Shown: positions 36,772-46,983, numbered from the stretch's first letter. The stretch: 58,579 bases of DNA from a virus (IMGVR_UViG_3300020034_000014:1-58579), one strand, 5' to 3'. Numbers and translations are program-made. Notes: generated from the sequence alone by a model not told the origin.

Positions 36772-37821
36772 CTAACTCAGCGTTTCAGCGACGAATGACA
36801 TACGCGCAAGATTATCGCTTGCCGTTGCCGTGCCCGCAGGTATGGCGCGCACGAACCAAAGAGGGACCGCGCAAGGCGTTGTTGTAAATGAAATCGTATC
36901 ACCATCAGCAAAGCCCGACCCGCTCAAGTCCACTTCCAACAATTGAAAATATATCTTTCCAAATGCCGGATTGATTGGCGCAAGTTCACTATTAGCGGTT
37001 ATATCCACGTCGCCAAGACTACCCAATAGATGCCCGCTGATATTCCACATATCCGGCGCAGTGAGTTTGGTTAGCGTCCAATGTTGAAATATGGTTCCCT
37101 GATTATTTAAAACCAAGTCTGCTAAATCAAAACCGCCGCCTACCGAATCCACAACAAGATTATCCTTGCCCGCCGCTAACTCTGTTTCAATTACGCCCAT
37201 CACACGCGCATCAGCGAAACCAAATCCGTTTGTTAGTGGCGCGGTCAAGTTAATTGTTGCTTGCGGCCCGACAAAATTTACCGTGTCGATAGTGGCATAT
37301 TCTTCTACACCGACACCAAGCACAATGTCAGATATGCGTATCATCATGCCATCGCGGAAGATTGGATACGCTGCATTTTCACAATCGACAACTAAAACCG
37401 AATCGCCGGGATTCACATCAGCGTTTAATTTACCGCTGCCCATGATCACACTAGCAATCGGCCCAACTGAACTATTTAAAATATCGTCTTGCGTGTCCGC
37501 GAAGTTATCGGGCGGAGTCGTTAAGTCAGCACCAAGTAACCAGAAAATTGCATCCGTTGCGGGCGTTTGTATATCAAGAAACATTTTCAATGAGGGAATT
37601 TCTTCGACACCATCGGTATGCACTTTAAAAAATGCCTTGCGGTATTTAACGCTGCCCGCCGTGCGTTCATCAAGCCCGGCGCTTTGAAATAAATTAGCAG
37701 GCGCACCACTCACAACCGATGCGGTAGCAACCGCTGCATTCAGCATACCGCCGCCGTTCGCGTCAATGTCCGCTTGAATCTCACTCTTGATTAAATATAA
37801 ATCGTTATCAACAATCGGCAT
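36772..37821 (-). CDS. Virion tail structural protein
   Basis: MPI..DL.LIKS..NGGGM..NLF..ERTAGSVKYRKAF pattern of siphophage tail-tip proteins. Confidence 0.7.
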   Translation of the reverse strand: MPIVDNDLYLIKSEIQADIDANGGGMLNAAVATASVVSGAPANLFQSAGLDERTAGSVKYRKAFFKVHTDGVEEIPSLKMFLDIQTPATDAIFWLLGADLTTPPDNFADTQDDILNSSVGPIASVIMGSGKLNADVNPGDSVLVVDCENAAYPIFRDGMMIRISDIVLGVGVEEYATIDTVNFVGPQATINLTAPLTNGFGFADARVMGVIETELAAGKDNLVVDSVGGGFDLADLVLNNQGTIFQHWTLTKLTAPDMWNISGHLLGSLGDVDITANSELAPINPAFGKIYFQLLEVDLSGSGFADGDTISFTTTPCAVPLWFVRAIPAGTATASDNLARMSFVAETLS

Positions 37822-37830
37822 TTGAAAATC

Positions 37831-38220
37831 CTAGACAGTAACAAAGCGAAGGAAACCAATGAACGCATCTTGTGCGCCTTCATTGGTATATTTTTCTACC
37901 GGCTCAAGATCGACCGCAGGCCCGCTAGTGAAATCGAAGATTACTTGATACGTGCGCCCATTGAATGAAAGCGTATGAAACGCGCCGGGAATCTCCGACA
38001 ATGCTATAAGAAAATCCCGCTGCGTCGCCGTCAACCATCCGTAATCGTCACCCGCTTGCAACGTCACCGGGATTCCTGCTAACAGCGTGCCGCTGTAGAC
38101 AACCGCGCCGCCACCTAGCGTGCGCTTGATACTCATGGAGTTTTTTAATTGCTGCGAACGCTCAAGCAATCGCATATCACCATTCAGCGGGAAACCATCA
38201 ATCGTTAAAACTACCGGCAT
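37831..38220 (-). CDS. Distal tail-like protein
   Basis: RTLGGGAVV..GIPVTL..GWL; directly after the tape measure gene. Confidence 0.65.
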   Translation of the reverse strand: MPVVLTIDGFPLNGDMRLLERSQQLKNSMSIKRTLGGGAVVYSGTLLAGIPVTLQAGDDYGWLTATQRDFLIALSEIPGAFHTLSFNGRTYQVIFDFTSGPAVDLEPVEKYTNEGAQDAFIGFLRFVTV

Positions 38221-40688
38221 TATGTGCCCCGTGCCGCTGATTGTATGGCGTGCCCCAAGTCGCGCAGTGTTTCGCGCGTGCCTTGCACCTTGCCAATGTT
38301 GCGCCCGCCTACCATCAATTCAAGCGTGCCCATATTCTCAGCGTCCGCAGTGTTACCACCGCCGACTATGCCGCCTTCCGCGAAACGCGGCAAGCGCATT
38401 TTATTGATATCATCCATGAACTTTGTGCCGTAGTATTTTACAGCGGGAACTTGTGTGATTGCTTCGCCCGAAGTTATCCGCGCCAGAATGTTATCGGCGC
38501 GCGGGTTTGGCGCGATGCCCGGCGCAATACCACCGCCCGCGAATGCTTGGACCGTTGTATTACCCGGCCCGTTGATCTGCGCGGCAATGGCGATTTGAAA
38601 CGGCGTATCTGTCAGTGCCTTTTTAATTTTGTCTATCGTGCTTTGCAAACTTGCGTCATCGATGCCAACTTTCAATGATGACGCATCGGTTTGTAATTTT
38701 GTAATACTCTCCTGCAACTTTGATATTTGCGCGGTAACAGCTTCAATACCTTTCTGTGCGGATGTAGCTTGAGCAACTTCGGCTTCGCGCTTTTTGTTGA
38801 GTAATTCTTCAACTGCTGCGTTTGCTTCACCAAAAATTCTTTCGCCAATAAGGATTGCGTTAGGATCGATTTTTGTTGATTTTGCAATTTCACCGGCAAG
38901 CCCGGTAATCTCTTTGCGTATCTCCCGTGCGCGATCAAGGTTCCCGCGCAATACGGCGGATTGTAATTCATCAAGCTTTTCATTCGCCGTGCGAATCTTA
39001 ATACCGAACTGCTGTTGCTCTGTGAATTGCGAAAGACGTAGGCCCGCGAATAAGTCTTCTCCCTCTTTTCGATTGTCACGAATCTCTTTATCTATATCCG
39101 CTATTGCTTGCTGCGATTGTTTGTATTGATTAGTGAACTGCTGTTGTAGTTTTACCAAGTCGCCATAGTAGGCAACCGAAATATCAAGGCGTTGCTTTGA
39201 AGACTGCCGCGTAATCTCAGCCTGCACGCGCTCATTATTTTTTGTGTCGCCTAGATTCTTTTGAGCAAGTGCGCGCAGTGCGTTTTCTTTTGCTTGTGCT
39301 AACGCGATTTCAACCGTGAAAGCATCGCGCGCCGCGCGTATGCGTGCATCGGTTTGTGCGCGCTCCAATTGCGCTAAGCGTTGCGCCGCGCCTACTTGGT
39401 CCGGCCCGCCCGTGGTGCGCGCTTCAAGCAATGCGCGTTGTTGCTGAATTTGATCTTCAATAAATTTCCGGCGTAAGTCGGACTGCGCTTTTAATGATTT
39501 ATCGGTATCGTCGCCAATCTGTTTATTGAGTATGGCGAGCGCGTCGCGTGCCGCCTTACCTGCTAATCCTAGTTGATCTTTGATATCTTGCGTAGTCTTA
39601 TTCGTAACAACAGGTTTAATCGCCAGCTTGGGCGGTTCTTTAGCTAGATCAGTGAATATCTTTATAACATCGTCAACAGCGCCGAATCCAACGTGTTGCA
39701 AATTTTCAAAGAATTTAGTTGATGCATCGTTCGCTACTTGAATTGCGCCTTTAACATTTCCAGAAAACAAAGCAACAAGGGAAGCGCCAAGGCCCGTAAT
39801 AACATCGGTAACTGTAATTACGCTTCGTCCAATTATATTAGTGAATACACTAACTAGGTTAATAATAAACTCTAGCACTTTTCCGGTAACTTCACCGAAG
39901 CGTTGCATAGAGTGAACACCCTTATCTGTAACGGCTTCATTAAATTCATTAAATGTTTTTTGAATTGCTGGAACTAGTCCAGTTAAAAACTGTAATGCCA
40001 ATCCCTCAGAGCGTTTTTGCATCAACGTGAAATTATCATTCATCGATGCAGCCGCATCCGCAAGTTCCGTTGACACAATCAAGCCTAGACGTTCCGCTTC
40101 CGCGCGCACCGCCGCAAAACCTTTCGTGCCCACGTCATTCAATAGCGGTATCAGCTTCGCCGCGTCTTTACCGAATATGGCAATCAATGCATTAGTGCGA
40201 TCCAAGCCCGCGCCCATACCCGCCGCCGCGCGTGCGATCTTTTCAAACGATTGGTTTACATCCAATCCAACAAGATCACGGCCCGCTAATCCCAAATCAG
40301 CGAACGCGGTAGTCTGCGCCTCAGAACCGGCGAGCAATTCGCCGAGTGAACGATTCAAACGAACTAATGATTTTGCCAATTCTTCATTAGATACATTCGA
40401 CATATTCGCGGCAAAAGAAAGCGCGCTCAAGTCTTCGGTAGTGCCGCCTACTTTTTGTTGTAACTTGCCGATTTGATCAGCAGCGTTTAAGGCACTCTTG
40501 CCAATGGCAACCATGCCCGCTGTGATGGCGGTAAATCCAATCGCAGGAATTAAATTTTGTAAGCCGCCGAAAGCTTTTAATACACTGTTGCCTGTTGTCT
40601 TGCTCTGCGCGCTAATGCGCTGCATGCCTTTAATAATTTCGTCAATCCCTTCTGGCGAAATTTTTACGCGGATATCCGGCGTTGACAT
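38220..40688 (-). CDS. Tape measure protein
   Basis: Long Ala/Gln-rich helical protein; C-terminal FAGGG..DNILARITSGE..FAEGG. Confidence 0.9.
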   Translation of the reverse strand: MSTPDIRVKISPEGIDEIIKGMQRISAQSKTTGNSVLKAFGGLQNLIPAIGFTAITAGMVAIGKSALNAADQIGKLQQKVGGTTEDLSALSFAANMSNVSNEELAKSLVRLNRSLGELLAGSEAQTTAFADLGLAGRDLVGLDVNQSFEKIARAAAGMGAGLDRTNALIAIFGKDAAKLIPLLNDVGTKGFAAVRAEAERLGLIVSTELADAAASMNDNFTLMQKRSEGLALQFLTGLVPAIQKTFNEFNEAVTDKGVHSMQRFGEVTGKVLEFIINLVSVFTNIIGRSVITVTDVITGLGASLVALFSGNVKGAIQVANDASTKFFENLQHVGFGAVDDVIKIFTDLAKEPPKLAIKPVVTNKTTQDIKDQLGLAGKAARDALAILNKQIGDDTDKSLKAQSDLRRKFIEDQIQQQRALLEARTTGGPDQVGAAQRLAQLERAQTDARIRAARDAFTVEIALAQAKENALRALAQKNLGDTKNNERVQAEITRQSSKQRLDISVAYYGDLVKLQQQFTNQYKQSQQAIADIDKEIRDNRKEGEDLFAGLRLSQFTEQQQFGIKIRTANEKLDELQSAVLRGNLDRAREIRKEITGLAGEIAKSTKIDPNAILIGERIFGEANAAVEELLNKKREAEVAQATSAQKGIEAVTAQISKLQESITKLQTDASSLKVGIDDASLQSTIDKIKKALTDTPFQIAIAAQINGPGNTTVQAFAGGGIAPGIAPNPRADNILARITSGEAITQVPAVKYYGTKFMDDINKMRLPRFAEGGIVGGGNTADAENMGTLELMVGGRNIGKVQGTRETLRDLGHAIQSAARGT

Positions 40689-40689
40689 T

Positions 40690-41022
40690 TTATTTTAAAA
40701 TTTCCGGTTTCATCGGTGCTTTACTTTTCTGTTTCGTGTGTGGCGCAAGGCTTGCCCATACAATCATATCGTGCCGGTAAGACTCTAGCGCCGCCTTAAT
40801 CAAAACACTTTGCGCCGCGTGCATCAATTCATAGATAGGCCAATTCGCAACACGCAACGCTTTATCGTAATCAAATCCGCAAACTTCCCGCGCAACTTCG
40901 GCCCACTCACCAAGGACTAATGTAAGGCCGTAACTCCCGGCGTTTCGCTCGGCCCGCTCTGCCCCTTGTCGGCTAAAGAGTTTTGGAAACGATTCAACCA
41001 GTTTAGTCCTTGCCTGAAAAAA
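40690..41022 (-). CDS. Tail assembly chaperone GT extension via -1 frameshift; not in the ORF track
   Basis: Slippery T-TTT-TTC at 41022-41016; the -1 frame stays open (QARTKLVESF..KPEILK) to TAA at 40690, 1 nt before the tape measure ATG. Confidence 0.75.
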   Translation of the reverse strand, partial: FFQARTKLVESFPKLFSRQGAERAERNAGSYGLTLVLGEWAEVAREVCGFDYDKALRVANWPIYELMHAAQSVLIKAALESYRHDMIVWASLAPHTKQKSKAPMKPEILK

Positions 41023-41369
41023 CCGAATGTAACTTCCATCGCGAGCGATAAAACCTGTTCGCGATCATCTTGTGTATCGCACTTGTTAATGTGCGCAGCG
41101 GTAAGCTTTGCAACTTCGGGCGTCCACGATTGTTCGTCAACGCCTTCCGGTAACAGATAGCCCGCGATCAATTCTGCCGCTTTGCCTGAATCAAGTATGC
41201 AAGTTTGCAAGCGAACTAAATACGCTGCGCTATCTTCACCTTCCATTGCAATAACTTTATCCGCGCCTATGAAGCGTATCCACTTCATAAGGTAATGGTC
41301 ATTGATGACGGTGCGCCGCTCAAAATCTATGACACGAAAGCGACGCCCGCCTAGTTTAATTTCATCCAT
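40917..41369 (-). CDS. Tail assembly chaperone (gpG-like)
   Basis: Between tail tube and tape measure; contains a GFF slippery site. Confidence 0.8.
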   Translation of the reverse strand: MDEIKLGGRRFRVIDFERRTVINDHYLMKWIRFIGADKVIAMEGEDSAAYLVRLQTCILDSGKAAELIAGYLLPEGVDEQSWTPEVAKLTAAHINKCDTQDDREQVLSLAMEVTFGFFRQGLNWLNRFQNSLADKGQSGPSETPGVTALH

Positions 41370-41376
41370 AAACTAA

Positions 41377-42171
41377 TTACAGCGATGCGCCCGCGCGGTC
41401 AAGCGTCCCGAAAGGGTCAGCCGGATGGTTTTCTGCGTCCGACAGAATCGAAAACGACAAATTGAACGCTGCATAATCTTCACCAATCAGGCCCAAGGCA
41501 CCATCAGGCGCAATCGATGCACGCCAGATTTCCAGCTTGTCATGCGCGCCCTTCGCGTCGTTATTTGAATCGTCAGCAAGGAACAACAGTGAACACGTTT
41601 TCCCAGACTCGCGGGCGATGGCGATGTTTTGCACATTCACTTGCGCCGCGTCAAAATCAATCGTCAAGTTGTCATCGTCTACAATCGTTACCGCCAATGC
41701 GTTGTCAAGAATTTGCACAACACCGAACGCGGTATTTACTTTGTAGTCTACATCCGCTTGAAGAATCACCGAACCGACAGCAACGACAACGTTAGAAACG
41801 CTGCGCTTACCAAGTTTGTAATACCCGCCACGTTTCACATTGGCGATATTGACAGTCAGACCGGGCGCAGCCGCTTGGTTATCTGTCAGCTTCGTGCCCA
41901 ACAGGAACAGCGCGAGATTGTTTAGCGTTTGTTCATTGAGCGTTGCCGTCAACGTATAACTTGAACGCAATACGCGCCGGTCAATCAGTGCGCCGCTTTT
42001 TTCCGTTGAACTGAATAGCTCAGCAGTCGTGATATCCGAAGTTAAATCAATCTGGTTTGCGTTGCCAACGAAATCATACTTGCCGCTCGGCAACCCATCA
42101 GCCCCATATACATCAATCAGCAACGAACCTTTGCCGAGTTTTACATACTCACCGCGCGCCGGAAATGGCAT
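41377..42171 (-). CDS. Major tail tube protein
   Basis: LGKGSL..FVGNA..IAPDGALGLIGEDY; GGAG RBS; gene order. Confidence 0.85.
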   Translation of the reverse strand: MPFPARGEYVKLGKGSLLIDVYGADGLPSGKYDFVGNANQIDLTSDITTAELFSSTEKSGALIDRRVLRSSYTLTATLNEQTLNNLALFLLGTKLTDNQAAAPGLTVNIANVKRGGYYKLGKRSVSNVVVAVGSVILQADVDYKVNTAFGVVQILDNALAVTIVDDDNLTIDFDAAQVNVQNIAIARESGKTCSLLFLADDSNNDAKGAHDKLEIWRASIAPDGALGLIGEDYAAFNLSFSILSDAENHPADPFGTLDRAGASL

Positions 42172-42183
42172 TTTAATTTGCTC

Positions 42184-43008
42184 CTATGTTGTGATAACAG
42201 ACTTCAAAAGCCCCCACGTTGACGGCTGTGCAAATTCTTCTATTTGCCACTGCCGCCACGCCAAAGCGTGCGCCCATTTCGTTCTATCAGGCTGCACCAG
42301 AATATCTGTAAAGTGATGCGCTGCCACGTCCCAAGCCATCGCGCCCGCATCCGTAGCGATCACTGAAACACCCGCTAACGCTGCATCAACGCCCGCATTA
42401 CTATTATACGTTACCGCTACGATTGCATGATTCAATGCGTTTTCCAGCGTGCCGCCTGCAATCTGCACATCTTTAGCGGTAGGCTTGAAATTCGCCGCTA
42501 TAGGATGCGGCCTGAATGTTACGGGATATCCGCGCGCCTGCATAGCTTCGCACGCGCTGTTAGCCCACTTTTTAAAATCAACGCCTCGCAATGATGTGTC
42601 TGTAGGCACCTGCCCCAAGACTAGCGCGTAGCTGCCGTCCTTTGGATCACGCCAAGGCTTTATCAGATCATTAAAATGGTTGCCCCAACGCAAGCCGCTA
42701 TCGTTGCATGCCGGGAACTTCGCGCGCCCGTTAAGCCCATTCCATCCGGCGCTATACCAGTGGAAACGGTCAGCGACATACCCGCGCTCTATGACTAAAG
42801 TGTTTATGCCTTTTTCATAGAACTGCCGACCAATGCGCCAGCCCCACACAACAACAGCGTTGAAATTTAGCTTCGTGTGTAGAACATCAAAACTCCGAAT
42901 GTGTTCTATCGTCGGCACATCACCACACACACGCATTGAATCCGCCAACAAGTTAGCAATACAAACTTGGTCATCGTAGGCGCGGTTCAACGCTATCAAT
43001 ATTTTCAT
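42184..43008 (-). CDS. KpsS/KpsC-like (capsule synthesis) glycosyltransferase
   Basis: IERGY, LVLGQVPTDTS, FRPHP, VTYNSNAGVDAALAG. Confidence 0.75.
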   Translation of the reverse strand: MKILIALNRAYDDQVCIANLLADSMRVCGDVPTIEHIRSFDVLHTKLNFNAVVVWGWRIGRQFYEKGINTLVIERGYVADRFHWYSAGWNGLNGRAKFPACNDSGLRWGNHFNDLIKPWRDPKDGSYALVLGQVPTDTSLRGVDFKKWANSACEAMQARGYPVTFRPHPIAANFKPTAKDVQIAGGTLENALNHAIVAVTYNSNAGVDAALAGVSVIATDAGAMAWDVAAHHFTDILVQPDRTKWAHALAWRQWQIEEFAQPSTWGLLKSVITT

Positions 43009-43820
43009 CGATTACCACCGTTGAATTCTTTCCAGCAAGAACCATTCATGATTTCCGCCATGCTCCATTGATTCGCGGCCAATTCACATGCCCACGCTAA
43101 ACGATTAAGTGGATAGTGTGGCGTTTCGATTTTCGCAAAATCCTGTTCACACATATGGTATGCGCTGCATTCAGTTTTAGGCCCATCACAAAACACGGGC
43201 ACACCCTCTAATAACGCTTCCGTTGCCGTGTTGCTTGCGTATGTCACCAATGCATGCGCGCCTTGCAATGCCTCTTGTATGGGACTGCTGCGCCGCTCGT
43301 GTGGGCTAGGTTTGGTGCGAACAATAATATCTCTGTCAGTGTTCGCGCGCAGCGTTTCAATTGTATTTTGTAACCATGTGCCAAGGTCAAGCCCGCGCCA
43401 TCGGCCATACGATGCACCGGGCGGGCACACCAATACAAAATTACCTTGTGTCCACGGTTTAATTTCGAGTTTCAAATCTTGCCATCGGCGCAAATGATAC
43501 CGCGTAATCTCTCTAGGCTCGCCGCTCACCGCATACGCGCCGCGCGTGACACGGTAGTAGCCGCTGAAATGTCCCGGCTTGAAGTAGCCGTTATCGACAT
43601 ATACCCAATTGCGCCCGCCCATGATTGCATCATCAAGAAACGAACGCAGCCCGTAAGCGTCACCATACACAACGATACCGCCAGGCGACAAACCTACCGC
43701 ACTTTGATTGATGATGCGATACGGTAACGCGCTACCCATTGCGAAGCGCCGCCCGACACGATCAGAATTGCGGTTTCGCACACCGTAGACAGTATAGCGA
43801 GCGCCGTTAGAAACGTTCAT
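43005..43820 (-). CDS. KpsS/KpsC-like glycosyltransferase, second paralog
   Basis: YVDNGYF, IIVRTKP, LVTYASNTATEALLEGVPVF; ATG 43820 overlaps the upstream stop. Confidence 0.7.
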   Translation of the reverse strand: MNVSNGARYTVYGVRNRNSDRVGRRFAMGSALPYRIINQSAVGLSPGGIVVYGDAYGLRSFLDDAIMGGRNWVYVDNGYFKPGHFSGYYRVTRGAYAVSGEPREITRYHLRRWQDLKLEIKPWTQGNFVLVCPPGASYGRWRGLDLGTWLQNTIETLRANTDRDIIVRTKPSPHERRSSPIQEALQGAHALVTYASNTATEALLEGVPVFCDGPKTECSAYHMCEQDFAKIETPHYPLNRLAWACELAANQWSMAEIMNGSCWKEFNGGNR

Positions 43821-44527
43821 GGTGCATGCACCTGTTGATACCATTCCTGAATGTAAGGCATCATATCCGGCGTACCATTTGTAAAATGAATTGCTTTAGG
43901 AATAATGTTAGGGTCACTTACACCGTAAAGCCAATTCCATTCTAGCGGCAACGCGCCTATCAATTCGTCATCACCTAACCATTTGAATTGATGCAGCCAT
44001 AGGCCCGGCATCGTGTTTAACTTTTCAATCGTTAGCAACGCATTCGCAGAATGGCGCAAGTTGAACAGCATCAAACTAGACCAAAGTTTTTTATCATAGT
44101 CTGTTTGCAAATATCCGCGCATTTTTATATCTGACGCACGTTTATAACTTTTATGTTTAACACACATCACTGCATAGCGATCATCGGCCAACTTAAACAA
44201 TTCGCCAACATTCGCGCGGAACATGAAATCCCCATCGCAGAATAAAGCCCAATCTATATTTTCCGGCGCTATGTGCGGAACGAAAAAACGTGATAGCGCA
44301 AATTGTGTTGCCATCGGTGCGTTACTAATCACATCATACATTTGCCCATTAGCGTTTTGCTTCATTGGCCTACGATACATTCCAGAATTTATCAATGGCG
44401 CAAGGTCTAAATAGGCTACGTCATATCTTCGCGGGCGTGCCATCGTTCGCAACAATGAATAGTGGCACACATCCGCGCTCACTGTTTCCCGCGAATCGCG
44501 CCCTACAAAAATTGTGCCTATCGTCAT
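43817..44527 (-). CDS. GT8-like glycosyltransferase
   Basis: IFVGRDSRE, TQFALSRF, LFCDGDF, WSSLMLFN, LPLEWN, IHFTNGTP; start re-called to 44527. Confidence 0.8.
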   Translation of the reverse strand: MTIGTIFVGRDSRETVSADVCHYSLLRTMARPRRYDVAYLDLAPLINSGMYRRPMKQNANGQMYDVISNAPMATQFALSRFFVPHIAPENIDWALFCDGDFMFRANVGELFKLADDRYAVMCVKHKSYKRASDIKMRGYLQTDYDKKLWSSLMLFNLRHSANALLTIEKLNTMPGLWLHQFKWLGDDELIGALPLEWNWLYGVSDPNIIPKAIHFTNGTPDMMPYIQEWYQQVHAP

Positions 44528-45180
44528 CAATCCCAACTCAAAATAAAATCGCCCGATATTATGTCGCGCAATTTCGCGCCATGATCTTGCAACCGTATTA
44601 CTGCTTGTGTTTCCTCTAAGCCCCACTTTTGCGCGCGGCCCGGTTTCTGTTCAACGATGATGCACGGCTTGTCTCGCAGTATGGTTTTCTCACCGCCTTG
44701 CAAAGCAAATAGCTCGTAACCTTCGCAATCCAATTTGACGAAATCGACCATTTGCAAATTGAAACCGTCAAGCGTTTTTAGTGGCGTATCCCCGCCTTGC
44801 GCCTGATTTACCCAAGTATCACCGCTACTGTGTGGGCTTGTGTGCATCGTCACCATTGAATCCTCAAACCCTAACGCGCAGTGATGTAGCTGCACGCCTG
44901 AATATTTAGGGTCAAGATTTTTCACGAAGCACTGACGATGCGCTTCCATCGGCTCGAAAGCGTGAAGCATTTTAAACTTCTTCACTAGATGCATTGACCA
45001 TAGACCGCAGTGCGCGCCAACATCTACCGCCGTGCGGAATTGTTTGACATGCTTCAATGCTGCCTCTAGTTTATGGTATTGGTATGTTGGTTTGCCATCA
45101 ACAACCTTATTAATTTTTTCCATCCATTCCACTAGATGCGTTTCACCATCCGGCAAAAATAGACCTTTGTAATTCAGCAT
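44527..45180 (-). CDS. FkbM-family methyltransferase
   Basis: VDVGAHCG, AFEP, ALG, VKLDCEGYE. Confidence 0.9.
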   Translation of the reverse strand: MLNYKGLFLPDGETHLVEWMEKINKVVDGKPTYQYHKLEAALKHVKQFRTAVDVGAHCGLWSMHLVKKFKMLHAFEPMEAHRQCFVKNLDPKYSGVQLHHCALGFEDSMVTMHTSPHSSGDTWVNQAQGGDTPLKTLDGFNLQMVDFVKLDCEGYELFALQGGEKTILRDKPCIIVEQKPGRAQKWGLEETQAVIRLQDHGAKLRDIISGDFILSWD

Positions 45181-45983
45181 AATTTTGTTCCCAATAATTT
45201 GAATGAATCAAGCACCTGTTTTACTGAAATCTTTTCCATTTCCGCCCTACAGTGCGCGCATGGAAACCGACTCCCGCAAGTATCTTCTGTGCCTAAATTA
45301 ATATGCCCTTCGTATCCGGTCATCGATGGCGCAGTAAAGCCGCCGAAGATAACCACGCTTGGTTTGCAAAATGCAGCCGCCGTATGGTGTAACCCGCCTT
45401 CTGGCAATACGCATGCGGTAGCCCGTGCGATCACAGCGGATGCATGACGCATTGTCGGCGTGCATACCCAATGCGTGCCCGGTAGATTCTTTCCGCCTTC
45501 CGGCCCTAGTTGCACAACAGTAATTTTTGCCGCGCGAAATTCATCGACCAACGCTTGCCATTTTTTAATACCCCATTGCTTATTTATAGTTGCCTTCGCT
45601 TTGCTACCTGTTGCCTTGTTGTGAGATTCAATCACAACGAACGGCTCAAGGCCGCGCGTTGCATTGCGCCCAAAAATAATTTCTTTATCACTTAACGTAA
45701 TGATGCCCCGCTTTGCACGGTAGGCGCGATTGTGTAGCATGTGTGTATCGTTATAGCCCAACAGATACCCGCGCGCATGGCCTGAATTAATAATATCGGT
45801 GCAATCACGGCCATCAACCAATTTAATATTTTGATCGATGAATTCCAAATTTTCCCAAGCTAAATGCAGCGGGCGAACGAAGCGCCGATAATCAAGTATC
45901 CGCACCTTGCGCCCCGTCGCCTTGTATGCCGCGTAAGCTTCACCACTGGCAAGCACTTCGTCACCCCAGCCCACAATTTTCAC
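45174..45983 (-). CDS. GT9 (heptosyltransferase-like) glycosyltransferase
   Basis: GWGDE, NKQW..WQALV, VVQLG, EGGLHHTAAA..VVIFG. Confidence 0.8.
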   Translation of the reverse strand: MKIVGWGDEVLASGEAYAAYKATGRKVRILDYRRFVRPLHLAWENLEFIDQNIKLVDGRDCTDIINSGHARGYLLGYNDTHMLHNRAYRAKRGIITLSDKEIIFGRNATRGLEPFVVIESHNKATGSKAKATINKQWGIKKWQALVDEFRAAKITVVQLGPEGGKNLPGTHWVCTPTMRHASAVIARATACVLPEGGLHHTAAAFCKPSVVIFGGFTAPSMTGYEGHINLGTEDTCGSRFPCAHCRAEMEKISVKQVLDSFKLLGTKLC

Positions 45984-46546
45984 CTTTCGTATTTATGGAA
46001 CGTGCCTTCTAACGGCCCGCCGATAATTTTTATATTGGCATCAGGCACCTTGCGCGCGAACGATTTCCAGCGGTTAATATGATGCGAAATATGCTGCACT
46101 GTGCCGCTACTTTTTGCGTCCGGCGTGTGAAAATATACACCGTCGCCAGTATAACAATCGATACCGATAATAATTACAGGATTACATCCCATCTTGTAAG
46201 CACAGTGCGCTGCTACAATTGCGCCATTGTGTTCCACGGGTTGCCGTGCTAACAAAAAATCACCATCGGCAACGGCGTGCGGAGAGAGTATAGGCACGCA
46301 AAATTTTGTTAGCTTCGCGGTTTTTCCGCCACCTATCGGTAACGGCTTATCTAGGATGCGATCAATCGCTACGATGTAATCACATTTACATTTATCCATA
46401 ATGCAACCGTGCTGATTTACACTTATACGCACAGCAACTTTAGGACATTTTAAATATTGTAAAGGCGCGGAAGGCCCGCCGCCTATAATTATCGCAGGGT
46501 AGTTTTCATATATGCCATACAGATTTTCAAACGGCGCAGCACTCAC
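45980..46546 (-). CDS. Maf/DUF115- or sialyltransferase-like Rossmann protein
   Basis: AIIIGGGPS, ISVN, DYIVAID, AYKMGCNPVIIIGIDC. Confidence 0.7.
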   Translation of the reverse strand: MSAAPFENLYGIYENYPAIIIGGGPSAPLQYLKCPKVAVRISVNQHGCIMDKCKCDYIVAIDRILDKPLPIGGGKTAKLTKFCVPILSPHAVADGDFLLARQPVEHNGAIVAAHCAYKMGCNPVIIIGIDCYTGDGVYFHTPDAKSSGTVQHISHHINRWKSFARKVPDANIKIIGGPLEGTFHKYER

Positions 46547-46983
46547 GATTCAGTATCTAAATTATCGCGTTTAGTTTGGTAGTCAACATTGAACACAATT
46601 GAACCAGCGATATAGATACGATCCATAATGCCACTTTCCCACTTAGATTCTAGCTCAGTCATTTGCATAATTTTTGCGCTGTGCAAATCACCAAGGCGCG
46701 CGATGGCATGAGAAATTAGCGGTTCTATACTGTCATCCATTTGGTCCGGCGTATCGCAAGCGTTAATGCATTGCACCGCGACGCGCAGCGATCGCCGTGC
46801 TACAGGCCCGCGCGAATTGCCCGGTATGGCTACGTCTTCATTGACAAAGAACACCGCTATAGCCGCTTCCCGGATCACGTTACCCGGAATCCAACGGCGT
46901 TTAGTAGCGGGCGGAATGTCTACCGGCAAATCAATATTAAGCGCCGTAATTATTTCATCGCGAATATCAAGGCGTCGTGACAT
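46543..46983 (-). CDS. Tail terminator protein
   Basis: RRLDIRDEII start; size and gene order. Confidence 0.7.
   Translation of the reverse strand: MSRRLDIRDEIITALNIDLPVDIPPATKRRWIPGNVIREAAIAVFFVNEDVAIPGNSRGPVARRSLRVAVQCINACDTPDQMDDSIEPLISHAIARLGDLHSAKIMQMTELESKWESGIMDRIYIAGSIVFNVDYQTKRDNLDTES

Noticed and set aside
44528-44626. ORF-track start of the GT8 gene at 44626
   Set aside because: It would overlap FkbM by 100 nt; the family N-terminus (IFVG.D.RE) and the TGATG coupling support 44527
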